DNA from: Eledone cirrhosa
Lineage: Eukaryota
Assembly (NCBI GenBank): GCA_964016885.1
Contig: OZ024741.1
Location: 404,054,001-404,118,000 of the forward strand
Direction of reading: 5' to 3'
Length of the DNA: 64,000 nucleotides
A model generated the notes under the pieces. The model was not told where the DNA came from and made no database searches. It saw only the letters and a program-made list of their open reading frames with translations. Shown here piece by piece: positions 53,001 through 64,000 of the stretch. Position 1 is the first letter of the stretch, and every line of letters begins with the position of its first letter. Made by a program: the position numbers and the translations under genes.

Positions 53001-53950
53001 GTAAGGGCTACACACACCAGTTAGCCAAGTGGTGCTACTAGCTGGTGTCAGGGCTACACACACCAGTTAGCCAAGTGGTGCTACTAGCCGGTGTAAGGGC
53101 TACACACACCAGTTAGCCAAGTGGTGCTACTAGCTGGTGTCAGGGCTACACACACCAGTTAGCCAAGTGGTGCTACTAGCCGGTGTAAGGGCTACACACA
53201 CCAGTTAGCCAAGTGGTGCTACTAGCTGGTGTCAGGGCTACACACACCAGTTAGCCAAGTGGTGCTACTAGCCGGTGTAAGGGCTACACACACCAGTTAG
53301 CCAAGTGTTGCTACTAGCTGGTGTCAGGGCTACACACACCAGTTAGCCAAGTGGTGCTACTAGCCGGTGTAAGGGCTACACACACCAGTTAGCCAAGTGG
53401 TGCTACTAGCTGGTGTCAGGGCTACACACACTAGTTAGCCAAGTGGTGCTACTAGCTGGTGTCAGGGCTACACACACCAGTTAGCCAAGTGGTGCCACTA
53501 GCCGGTGTCAGGGCTACACACACCAGTTAGCCAAGTGGTGCTACTAGCCGGTGTAAGGGCTACACACACCAGTTAGCCAAGTGGTGCCACTAGCCGGTGT
53601 CAGGGCTACACACACCAGTTAGCCAAGTGGTGCTACTAGCCGGTGTAAGGGCTACACACACCAGTTAGCCAAGTGGTGCTACTAGCTGGTGTCAGGGCTA
53701 CACACACCAGTTAGCCAAGTGGTGCCACTAGCCGGTGTCAGGGCTACACACACCAGTTAGCCAAGTGGTGCTACTAGCCGGTGTCAGGGCTACACACACC
53801 AGTTAGCCAAGTGGTGCCACTAGCCGGTGTAAGGGCTACACACACCAGTTAGCCAAGTGGTGCCACTAGCCACTAGCCGGTGTAAGGGCTACACACACCA
53901 GTTAGCCAAGTGGTGCCACTAGCCGGTGTAAGGGCTACACACACCAGTCA
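29057..53950. repeat. Satellite array of ~24.9 kb, mixed 46-bp and 53-bp monomers (roughly 500 copies)
   Basis: Consensus ccagt(t/c)agccaagtggtgc(c/t)actag[ccactag]ccggtgt(c/a)agggctacacaca; head-to-tail, single orientation, no insertions seen. Confidence 0.98.
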
Positions 53951-54055
53951 AACATGATTCAGAAGAGAGGAGAGAGAACAATTAGGTAAAATGCAAGAAT
54001 CAAAAATATTTTATCCGTTTGGTCAGATATTTATTTATTTATTTATTTATTTCTC

Positions 54056-55234
54056 ATGGTGATGTTGCTGGTGGTGATGATGATGAAGCGGTGTATGATG
54101 ATGATGATGATGGTGGTGGTGATGACGATGTTGGTGATGGTGATGGTGGTGGTAGTGATGATGGTGGTGGTGATGATGATGATGTTGACGGTGTTGGTGC
54201 TGGTGGTGTTGGTGACGATGATGGTGGTGGTGATGATGGTGGTGGTGGTGGTGGTGGTGGTGGTGGTGGTGGTGGTGGTGGTGGTGGTGGTGATGGTGGT
54301 GGTGGTGATGATGGTGGTGGTGGTGATGATGATGGTGGTGGTGATGATGGTGGTGGTGGTGGTGATGGTGGTGGTGGTGGTGGTGATGGTGGTGGTGATG
54401 GTGATGATGGTGATGGTGATGATGGTGGTTGTGGTGATGATGGTGGTGGTGGTGATGGTGGTGGTGGTGATGGTGGTGGTGGTGGTGATGATGATGATGG
54501 TGGTGATGGTGGTGGTGGTGATGGTGGTGGTGGTGGTGGTGATGATGATGATGGTGGTGGTGGTGTTATGGTGGTGATGATGATGGTGGTGGGGTTGGTG
54601 GTGGTGATGATGATGATGGTGGTGGGGTTGGTGGTGGTGATGATGATGATGGTGGTGGTGGTGATGGTGGTGGTGATGATGATGGTGGTGATGGTGGTGG
54701 TGGTGATGGTGGTGGTGGTGATGATGATGGTGGTGGTGATGATGATGGTGGTGGTGGTGATGGTGGTGGTGGTGGTGATGGTGGTGGTAGTGGTGATGGT
54801 GGTGGTGGTGATGATGATGATGGTGGTGATGATGATGGTGGTGGTGGTGATGGTGGTGGTGGTGATGATGATGATGGTGGTGATGATGATGGTGGTGGTG
54901 GTGATGGTGGTGGTGGTGGTGATGGTGGTGGTGGTGGTGGTGGTGGTGGTGATGGTGGGGATGGTGGTGGTGGTGGTGGTGGTGGTGGTGATGGTGGTGG
55001 TGGTGATGATGATGATGGTGGTGGGGATGCTGGTGGGGATGATGATGGTGGTGGTGGTGGTGGTGATGATGATGATGGTGGTGGTGGTGATGATGATGAT
55101 GGTGGTGGGGTTGGTGGTGGTGATGATGATGATGGTGGTGGTGGTGATGGTGGTGGTAGTGATGGTGGTGGTGGTGGTAGTGATGATGATGGTGTCGATG
55201 ATGGTGATGATGATTGCGATGATGGCGATGATGA

Positions 55235-55266
<32 letters not shown>

Positions 55267-55562
55267 AAGATGATGATGATGAGAATGATAGTGCTGGTGA
55301 TGATGATGATGGTTGTGGTGGTGTTGGTGATGATGATAATGATGATGAAGATGATGATGATGACGATGATGGTAATGTTGTTGGCGATTGTGGTCATGAT
55401 TGTGGTGGTGGTGGGCATGATGATGATGGCGACGATGACGTCGACGACGACGATGATGATGTTGATGGTGATGATGATTGCGATGATAATGATGATGATG
55501 ATTGATGATTGAGGTGGTTGTTCGTGGTGGTGGCGATGGTGATGATGGCGATAATGATGATT
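54056..55562. repeat. (GGT/GAT)n compound trinucleotide repeat
   Basis: Direct observation; produces spurious long ORFs in several frames. Confidence 0.95.
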
Positions 55563-55769
55563 GTTTGTGAGTTAAGCACAATGCGAACAACTTTAAATCG
55601 ACCCAAGTACGTTACTGGTACTTTATTTTTCAAGAATTTAAACTTAGAACCCTAAACAATCGCCTAGGTTCCACTGACACGCCACGGGTATTAAATATGC
55701 GCTGTCCCTTTTTCGGTTCTCCTATTTAGAAAACAATTAGTCATCTCACCAAACTTTTTAAAAGCTCAC

Positions 55770-56900
55770 TAATATGCAACCCCTCTTTCTCTATCTTCAC
55801 CTCTCCCCTTCAGTGGTACTTGAAGAAGGACTTGACCGGACAGGAAGTTCCCTGCCCTCAAACATTTAGATGAGTTCACCAAAAGCTTCCTTTGCCACAT
55901 CATCCAAGCAGGGAAAGACTTGTGGCGCCTCCTTTCTAAAGGATGTAGGTGGTTCAATTTTCCCTATAGACCCGGCTGGTACCTAGATCTGTACTATACG
56001 TAATATCAATGTTTTGACAAAAGCCTATAAATCTGCAATGCAAGTGCTCCGGGGGATATCATGCAGGACGGTTTCATCTCTCTACGTATATCACGAAGAG
56101 CTCAGGCTCTTGGTACTTCTGTGTTTCTAGAGCTTGTTTTGAATTTACAGTACCTTTGTAGCATTGTGATTCCTAGATTGTGTGGAAATCATCTATAATC
56201 CCCGACCTGAGAGGTCCCAAAAAGTGTTTCTTCAAATTCTCCTCTTCAAATCCAGAGTCGGTCAGAGGTTATCGTCATTCATTTGATCTACTAATCTACT
56301 ATACAGAACAAACCTTTTTTGTGGCCACCTGTCGCATTCTTCAGAAGGTAAAGTACAGCAAGCGTCTAGAAGCACTCCAGATGTCAGTCACCACAAATTT
56401 GTCTTCATTTCACTCTGGAATGCAGCTCAGTGAGGGAGAAGAGCGGCGGAAACATATGTCTCTCGAAAGGCGGCCATACTAGTTGGGTTTCACTATCGTT
56501 GTCATCGTTGCTGCAGTACTCGAGGACATTTTGCAGGTATATTAAGTGTATCATATGTCTGTCTATCATAAGAGTTGGTACCCCGAGGTCACCATGGAGA
56601 GGATGTTGGGCGCAAATAGATTTCTGACCAGCAGGACCTTTTCCTTTCACAAAATGTGGATGAGTCTGCGTTTCAGTCAGGTTAGGTGTGGGGCCTTGAC
56701 GCGAGGGTCAGGCCGTAGTATACCTAGAAATGGTGAGGAGAAATATGTTCATTTATGCTTGCTTTTATATGATTGCTTGATGTATAAATGCACTTTATCT
56801 TGTGATCCATCCCTGGTGAGCAGATCTTGTCAAAACCTGTCAGATAATACAAGGTCCACCTCTAGATTCAGTAAAAGAAAAGCAGAAACTGGATACGACT
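55770..56900 (-). mobile_element. Decayed L1/Tx1-like LINE ORF2, post-RT region
   Basis: Minus frames LKRRLIHIL(*)KEKVLLVR / KSICAQHPLHGDLGVPTLMIDRHMIHL resemble the FxWxGK..V..GGLGxP segment of L1/Tx1 ORF2; many stops. Confidence 0.5.
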
Positions 56901-56939
56901 TCCCTGCTTCTTAATTCGAACTCAGGCCTTTAATTAGCG

Positions 56940-57410
56940 GCATGTGTGTGAGTGTGTGAGTGTGTGAGTGTGTGAGTGTGTGAGTGTGTGTGTGTATGTG
57001 TGAGTGTGTGTGCGTGAGTGTGTATGTGTGCGTGTGTGGGTGTTTGGGTGTTTGTATGAGAGTGTGTGGGGGGTTGTGTAAGTGGGGGGGGTTGTACTGT
57101 CTGTAATGTGTGTATTATATGTTTGTGTGTGTGTGTTTGGGTGTGTATGTGTGTGTTTGTGTGAGTGTGTGTGTGAGTGTGAGTGTGTGTGTGGGTGCGT
57201 GTGGGGTGGGAGGGAGTGTTTGTGTGAGTGTGGGTGTTTGTGTGAGTGTGTGTGGGGGGTTGTGTGTGTGTGTACTGTCTGTAATGAGTGTATTATATGT
57301 TTGTGTTGATTGTATATGTATTTGTGTGTATGTGTGTGTGTGTCTATGTGTGAGTGTGTGTGAGTATGTGTGTGTGTAGATGTATGTGTGTGTGTGAGGA
57401 TGTGTGTGGT
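56940..57410. repeat. GT-rich degenerate microsatellite
   Basis: Direct observation. Confidence 0.9.
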
Positions 57411-57505
57411 GTAGCTTCTATTATTATTATAGTTACTTTTGTTGTTTAAATTGTTCAAAATTAACGAAGAATATTCGGGATTATAAACAAAACAAGGGCC
57501 GTATA

Positions 57506-57775
57506 TTGGCATTAATGGGTAGAGCGCTGACTACTTGCTCTGTGGTATTGAGTTACCGTCCTTGGCAGCAATCGGTAGAACGCTGGATAACTTGCTCTGT
57601 GGCCTACAGTTATCGTCCTTTACGTTCTCAGTTCAAATCTCACCAAAGTTAGGTTTCCCTTTCATCTTACGGGGGTGATAAAATAAAGTCCGAATAACGG
57701 ACTAGGGTCGATATAAGCGACTCTCCCCTGCCTAAAACAACTGTTATACGTGTGCCTGAATCAGAAACCATTAAC
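57506..57775 (+). mobile_element. tRNA-derived SINE (octopus-like) with duplicated head
   Basis: Two ~55-bp tggca..ggtaga.cgctg..acttgctctgtgg heads, then ttacgttctcagttcaaatctcacc..tttcatc..gataaaataaagt; homologous to 9100-9255. Confidence 0.7.
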
Positions 57776-57974
57776 ATTACTTGAATTAATAAAATATTGT
57801 AGTTTGCCTGAATCATTGTATATGATATATAATGTGGATTGTGATAGAAGGCTAAACAATGCAAAATGGACGATATGATGAAGGGAACGAAAACAATTAA
57901 ACCGGAACATTTTTCTCTGAAAGTTCCTTAAACTCTGAAGAAGGGAACGTTAGTCCCGAAATATTAGGACGAAA

Positions 57975-58239
57975 GAAACAACAACAATAACAACAGCAAC
58001 AAGAACAACAACAGCAGCAGCAGCAGCAGCAGCAGCAACAACGAGAACAACGATAACAACAACGACAACAACAACAACAACAGCAACGACAGCAGCAGCA
58101 ACAGCAACAAGAACAACAACAGCAACAACAACAATAAAAACAACAGCAACAACAACAACAACGGCAGTAGCAACAGCAACAACAACAACAACGGCAACAA
58201 CAACAACGACAGCAACAACAGCAACAACAACAACAACAG

Positions 58240-58283
<44 letters not shown>

Positions 58284-58471
58284 CCACCAACAACAACAAC
58301 AACAACAATAACAACAACAGCAACACCAACAACAACAAAAGCAGCAACAGCAACAACAACAGCAACAACAGCAACAACAGCAACAACGACAACAACAAGA
58401 GCAACAACAATAACAGCAACAACAGCAACAACAGCAACAACGACAACAACAACAGCAACAGCAACACCACC

Positions 58472-58511
<40 letters not shown>

Positions 58512-58630
58512 GCAACAACAACAACAGCAACAACATCAACAACAACGACAATAACAACAGTAACAATAACAGCAGCACCACCAACAACAACAACAACAAC
58601 AACAACAACAGCAACAACAGCAATAACAGC
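57975..58630. repeat. (CAA/CAG)n compound trinucleotide repeat
   Basis: Direct observation. Confidence 0.95.
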
Positions 58631-58639
58631 GGGTTTGTG

Positions 58640-58833
58640 AAACCACAGACCCTCTATCTCAACTCTACTTTTGAAAAGCAGAAGAACTGCGAAACCGGTA
58701 AAGGAACCAAATAAATATATTTTTTAAAAAAGACTCCATTTGCATTTTCGATTTAATCTTTTTTCCTTATACTTTCACTCGTATAGGACACCCCGTCTTT
58801 TTTCCATTTTGTAAAAAAACCTCACTTTCTAAT
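58640..58833 (+). mobile_element. Solo pLTR 3' fragment of the Neptune-type family with U3:A8 hammerhead (58667-58704)
   Basis: Matches 23391-23530 plus the tail seen inverted at 18641-18702; ends in (TA)n. Confidence 0.85.
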
Positions 58834-58859
58834 ATATTTATATATATATATATATATAT

Positions 58860-59122
58860 AGGAAAAATTATGACCCCGACGGCAGAGCTCAAGCCGTTTC
58901 GACAGCTATTTCTGGACTATATATATATATATATATAATAAAGGAATTGTGGTAAGGAACCAGATGGACCATAACGCACCAGAGTACTCAATACTTAGGG
59001 TAGTAGAGTGGGAAATAGGAAAAAGTAAGACCCCGACGTCAGAGCTCAAGCCGTTTCGACGGCTATTTATGGACAGAAATAGCCGTCGAAACGGCTTGAG
59101 CTCTGCCGTTGGGATCTTACTT

Positions 59123-59126
<4 letters not shown>
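58860..59126. mobile_element. Cluster of three pLTR 3' ends of the 27344-type family, including fold-back 59019-59126
   Basis: gaccccgacg(g/t)cagagctcaagccgtttcgac at 58872 and 59029, with an inverted copy at 59077-59126. Confidence 0.8.
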
Positions 59127-59199
<73 letters not shown>

Positions 59200-61089
59200 T
59201 ATATATATACATATTCAGTATACATGGTCTTTTCAATATATCTCCCAATGAGAAAAGCTTAAAAGAAAATCACATGGATTTTAATATTTAATTTCTCAAT
59301 TATCAGTTCGTTTATCAGTTCAAATGCCTGTCCAAATTATATAGATATTGAGACTAATAACAAAATTACTATATATTTGAGCCCTAACTTTTAATTACAC
59401 TATATTGAGAATTTGTAAGAAAACCGCAACTGAATCCTGAATAGAAAACATGTGAAATATATTCAGATATTTGTGTCAGTTTAAGAATATTATTGAGTAT
59501 TCCAGCTATCTGACAACTGCAGAAATATAGTTTAAGCAAACCCAAACAAATCGAAAACGTTTCAAAGTCGAATACATCAGAAACCTGTCAAACAGTGGCA
59601 GATAAATTGATTTTGGTAGTGTTAAAAATTTTGGAAATAAAAACTAAAGAAAAGATAATTTCATTAGGTTTATCGTTGCTTGTATGATGTATGTTATCTG
59701 TATCTGGGAAACTCTGTTACGCAGTGAATATTACTAAGTTTCAGCACTGTTCATATTCATATTAAGCTTGATAAGTGGTCATGTTCAATTATGCTTTCAT
59801 ACTCATACACAAAAACCTGTCAACTTGCTTATTATATCATAAACATATTTTTCCAAGAGAAAAAATTTACAACTTCCGATTTTCATGTCAGATTAATATT
59901 TTCTATATTTAAAACTCATAATTCAGTATTTAAGGTTTATTTAGATCGTAAGACCTAAATGTTAAGAGAGGTCTAGCTCGAAACTCTCTTCTTTCGTCTT
60001 TCGAAATGTATTTCACAATAAATAAAACAAGTTATGTGTTTTTAAATGCTGCTTACAAAGACCTTTAGATTTGTCTCCCATATATGGTTGAGAATCCAGT
60101 GTGTTGGTCTGGTTAGAGCCCACCATGTCTCTATCCACTAGAGATGGCTTGTACTAGGTAAGGGTGTACACACAAGGGCTTTAGTACCTTTTGTGTAAAA
60201 CAGATTAACTCAAATCCCACGAACATTGGGTAATATTCTGGTAATATTTTTACTAAACGTCTGTCACTTGAGTGTTTAGTATGTTCCGGAGCTATTTTAT
60301 GTTCGGCCATCAGAACGTCTCATTAATAACATTTCCACTTTATCATTCCTCTCGCCATTATAAGATACTAGCAGAAAAACCACCCTTCATGTGGTTTTCT
60401 GCTGGCATATGTAGTGTGTATATTGATATTATACGCAAGTATATATGTATGTAGATATGATACATCAAATAAAATCATAATTAACAATATACACAGAAAT
60501 TGAACGAAGACTGCGTTACACTGTCTTATGTAATCAGCAAAGTAATCCATGATAAATTAAAAAAAGACGATATTATATATAAACTGCATTAGGAGAAAAT
60601 TAGTGATGGAAATATATGAATGTTTATTTAAGCGATCGCTAACCGGAAGTGTTGACATTTGAACATTTTAAAGAAGTGAATCTTTAAATAAGTAATAAAA
60701 TATATTTAATGAACAGCCACGAAATATAGTAGATAGATTATGTAATATTCATTCATTATTTATTCAAAGTAATCCAGCTTATTTTACTAATGGAAAAAAA
60801 TTTATAAACGTACGCTGTCCCGCACTCCTTACTTTATAGTTTAGATTTTTCTGGACTGTTCGTTTACTTCGCCTTCATATTGTGTTTTCCACATCTTCAG
60901 GTCTGACTTGCACTTCCGCCTCTATTAATTCCTCTTTCACTACATCTTTCCCGCACTTGTCCCTTCCTCTTCGACCTTTATTGTTCTTCTCATTACCAGG
61001 AAAATATAAGGCAGTACTGGTACCTGGAAAACTTTGCCTTTCATCCTTTCCAGGTCGATAAAAAGTATCAGTCTAGTACTAGGGCCGAA

Positions 61090-61172
<83 letters not shown>

Positions 61173-61344
61173 TCTGGAAGAAATCTGTTATTTTCAGACC
61201 TAGAGAGGAGATGGTCTCCGCCAGATTTAAAAAAAATCCCCAGAAACACCATATGTCAATACGGTGCCCCTAAGACTCCCTCAGGAATTACGGGACCATG
61301 CATGGTTATATATCTTCCTGAGAAGGAAGGCAAAGTTGTGATCA

Positions 61345-61462
61345 ATGAAATCTGAACTCAGGATAAATTTTTTTTAGTTTAACTCCCCCCCTTTGTGTTA
61401 CTCTATGAAATCTGAACTCAGGATAAATGTATTTAGTTCGGCTCTCCCCGTTTGTGTTACTC
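61345..61462. repeat. 60-bp tandem duplication
   Basis: atgaaatctgaactcaggataaat...tttgtgttactc at 61345 and 61405. Confidence 0.8.
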
Positions 61463-62024
61463 AACTGCAGTAAAATCAATGTAATAATACCTTATATAAC
61501 TAAAATAATTAATACTGTTATTAAACTAAAATGACGTACTACGTTCCTTGGTGGAAATCCAAATTATAAACATGTAATTTGTTGGAAGACGTTTCGATAT
61601 CTGCTACCAAAATAGCAGGGGCTTCACAATCATATCCTGTATTTAAACATATATTGCTAAATATTCAAAAATAGGAGTTACTTTTATACTTAATAATGAG
61701 AAATGTGTAAGCTTTAAAAATATGTTTTGTTGTAACGTTTTGTATATTTCGGATGGTGTATAAAGTAAAGCATGTTTCATATCAATATTTGATCCGCATC
61801 CAACACCTGCTGCTGAGCAACATGATGAAATGTGTTTATTATATAATACTGATTATTCTTAGATTCAAAATATTGATTCATCATCATCATTGTCTTTATC
61901 ATCCATTCTGACATCCATATTTTTGTAAACCGTTGAAATATATGAACACACACACATAAATATATATAACTAAATAATCTAATAATAAATTACCTCTACA
62001 CTACTGATTAGTTTGTTTGTTCAG

Positions 62025-62533
62025 TTTGTCTGGAGCCTGGAGACACATCAGGCTGGTGCTTAGCCCGGTTTCCCTAGCATGAAGTGACTGAGTGTACAAG
62101 ACTCCCCACTCGACTAGACGCCAGGTTACCACAGTGTTAAAGTCTGTCTAGTGCCCACAGGGTCATCAGGCTAGTGCTTATCCTGGTTTCCATAGCGTGA
62201 AGTGAGAGAAAATACAAGACTCTTCCCTGGACAGGACGCAAGTCGATCACAAAGATAATGTCTGTCGAGAGCACTGAGACTCATCAGTCCAATGCTCATC
62301 CCAGTTTCCGTGGCTTGAAGTGACTGAGAGCGCAAGACTACGACCCCCTGGATAGGAGACCAGTCCATTGTAAGGGTAAATCTCTAGTTATTACTGGTAC
62401 TTAAGTTCAGCTGAGTATAATGGAGCAATGTAAAATGAAGTGTTTTGCTCAAGAACACAACACAGTCCTGGAATCGAACCCACGACATTATGAGAGTAAA
62501 TCCAACTCTCTTACCACTAAGCAACACGCCTCT
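62025..62533 (-). mobile_element. tRNA-derived V-SINE-like element with triplicated 3' segment
   Basis: Minus strand A box ttgcttagtgg, B box ggttcgattcc, gtgttgtgttcttgagcaaaacactt, then atggactggtctcctatccaggggg..cacttcaagccacggaaactgg; three diverged ~115-bp tail copies in 62030-62370. Confidence 0.75.
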
Positions 62534-62827
62534 GCGATATTATTCAATTTTGTTCATAGTCCTGTATGTGCAGGGGTGTTGTCGAAAACATTTTAGCCGT
62601 GACCAGCCATTCTTTTTGTTTCAGTTCATCCCTTGTATAGAACAAAAATGGTAGGATTTGATTTGTGATATGACTCCTGTCCTTTGTAAGCCAGGAGTCC
62701 ACGAGGAAGCTTCCTTGATGTAGGTAAAGGAAATGGCGGAAAATGTAATATTATCATCTCCATGCCTTTTACAAAGGATATATTATCATTTCCATGCCTT
62801 TAGCAGAGAGAAGGGTAATAATATTGA

Positions 62828-63113
62828 TTTCAGCTGAAAAGTTCATAGGCTGACTAAGATACTCTCATGGAATGACCAAATGAGGTTTATTCTTCCACAC
62901 AGTCCTTGGAAAGAAACAATGCAGCTATTAATAAGAAGAGTTAAAATTAATGCATGCAAGATTTCACAGCCCTAGCATCATTTCTTAAAAGGCTGACCAT
63001 ACAAGATTCCACAGCCCTAGCATCATTCCTTCAAAGACTGACCATACAAGATTTCACAGCTCGAGCAACACTCTTTCAGTGTCAGCATATAAACTCTTTC
63101 AGCCTACCTTTAT
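62828..63113. mobile_element. Possible mariner-derived MITE, decayed
   Basis: Imperfect inverted ends gctgaaaagttcata / tataaactctttcagc; internal ~45-bp tandem duplication at 62957-63060. Confidence 0.4.
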
Positions 63114-64000
63114 ATGATTAAAATGTCCATGTAATGACTAGTTCTTTATTTTATTGAACCCGGATGAATAGTTGGTATAGTTGATCTCGATGGATTGTTG
63201 ACTTTTGAATGTATAAAAATGGATGGATTACTCATATTAGCATTAGAGATTTTGAGGAAAGGTATAGTTACATCGATTAGAGTAAAATTGTGTTTCTTAT
63301 GAAATACAAAACTCAAATCTGTGTCAAAGACAACTCAGGTTAAGGACTGAAACACTTGCATGAAAAGTGTTCTTTTCTGACAACCTTCTGCTGTCCGACT
63401 CTCCTGAGAGTTTCTTACCACTGTTTAGTTGGTTACCAATTGTTTCTGTTAAAGTAGGAAACTATCAACAAAATAAATATTTCCTATTTACACTAGCCCA
63501 CTAATACATTTAGATGTTTCTATCGCCTCAAATATTCAATTAATTCTTATATATCAATGCCGTAGAGTTTAGAGGTGAAACTGACCAGGCGGGAATTGAT
63601 GCGAAAATATCGGGGAAACAAAACAGAACAAAACATCGAAATATTAAGGAGTGTAATGCAATGGTTCGCTGTAACTACATACTCCAGGATGTTAGATTAT
63701 TAATTCAATAAATCATTTTAGAATTTACATGACAGCTGTCTATTGATATCATTGAGAGAAAGGCGAATGTATTGGGATGTAGTTATTAAAAAGAAAAGAA
63801 ACATGAAGTAAAAAGTTGGATGAATGTTAGAGTACATATGGTTTGTGATTTAAATATTTACTCCTTCACGTTCACACGTTTTTATTTCGTGATCGAAAAC
63901 TAGATATAGCTATTATCTACTTAATAATGATAATGATAATAATACTAATAATAATATACATACATATGCGCATATATATATATAAGTGTATATATATATA

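Noticed and set aside
29057-53950. CRISPR-like array
   Set aside because: No unique spacers, no cas genes, eukaryotic context; it is a plain head-to-tail satellite.
54019-55590. Long Gly/Asp-, His-, Thr/Pro- and Val/Met-rich ORFs
   Set aside because: Products of (GGT/GAT)n, open in several frames on both strands; no domain signal.
57931-57970. Hammerhead-like CUGAAGA-AGGGA..UCCC-GAAAUAUUA
   Set aside because: Core and stem II are present, but stem I is only ~2 bp and the flank is replaced by (CAA)n; cannot be supported as functional.
57964-58623. Poly-Leu ORF (poly-Gln/Asn on the other strand)
   Set aside because: A (CAA/CAG)n microsatellite between repeats, with no splice or coding context.
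60060-61000. Possible minus-strand exons (~60062-60155 and ~60880-61000)
   Set aside because: Short open stretches with weak or missing splice sites, internal stops and no recognisable motif.
62265-62295. CUGAUGAG in the SINE tail (minus strand) as a ribozyme
   Set aside because: No GAAA or stem III follows; it is the ordinary LINE-derived SINE 3' end.
62455-62533. tRNA gene
   Set aside because: A and B boxes are present, but there is no complete cloverleaf and it continues into a SINE body; it is a SINE head.

Overview
Eukaryotic, AT-rich, microsatellite-dense animal DNA; the SINE families resemble those of octopod cephalopods (inference). No intact host gene is confidently visible. Bases 1-29,000 are a graveyard of retroelements, most sitting in (TA)n tracts: a CRE-type RLE LINE fragment, RTE LINE fragments (one with three C-terminal C2H2 fingers), several Penelope-like element (PLE) fragments, and one nearly intact Neptune-type PLE (RT + GIY-YIG, 18.6-23.5 kb) with an inverted pseudo-LTR. 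About 29.06-53.95 kb is a ~24.9-kb satellite of 46/53-bp monomers. The rest is triplet repeats, a decayed L1/Tx1 fragment, SINEs and more pLTR remnants. The most interesting signals are: (1) an in-phase U_UUU_UUA slippery site plus hairpin joining the PLE upstream ORF to its AUG-less RT ORF, a candidate -1 frameshift; (2) about a dozen type I hammerhead ribozyme motifs, including two unrelated families with a compensatory U3:A8 core; (3) repeated fold-back PLE insertions where only one arm carries the 3' tail; (4) hierarchical variant structure in the satellite. All calls were made by eye, without database searches.
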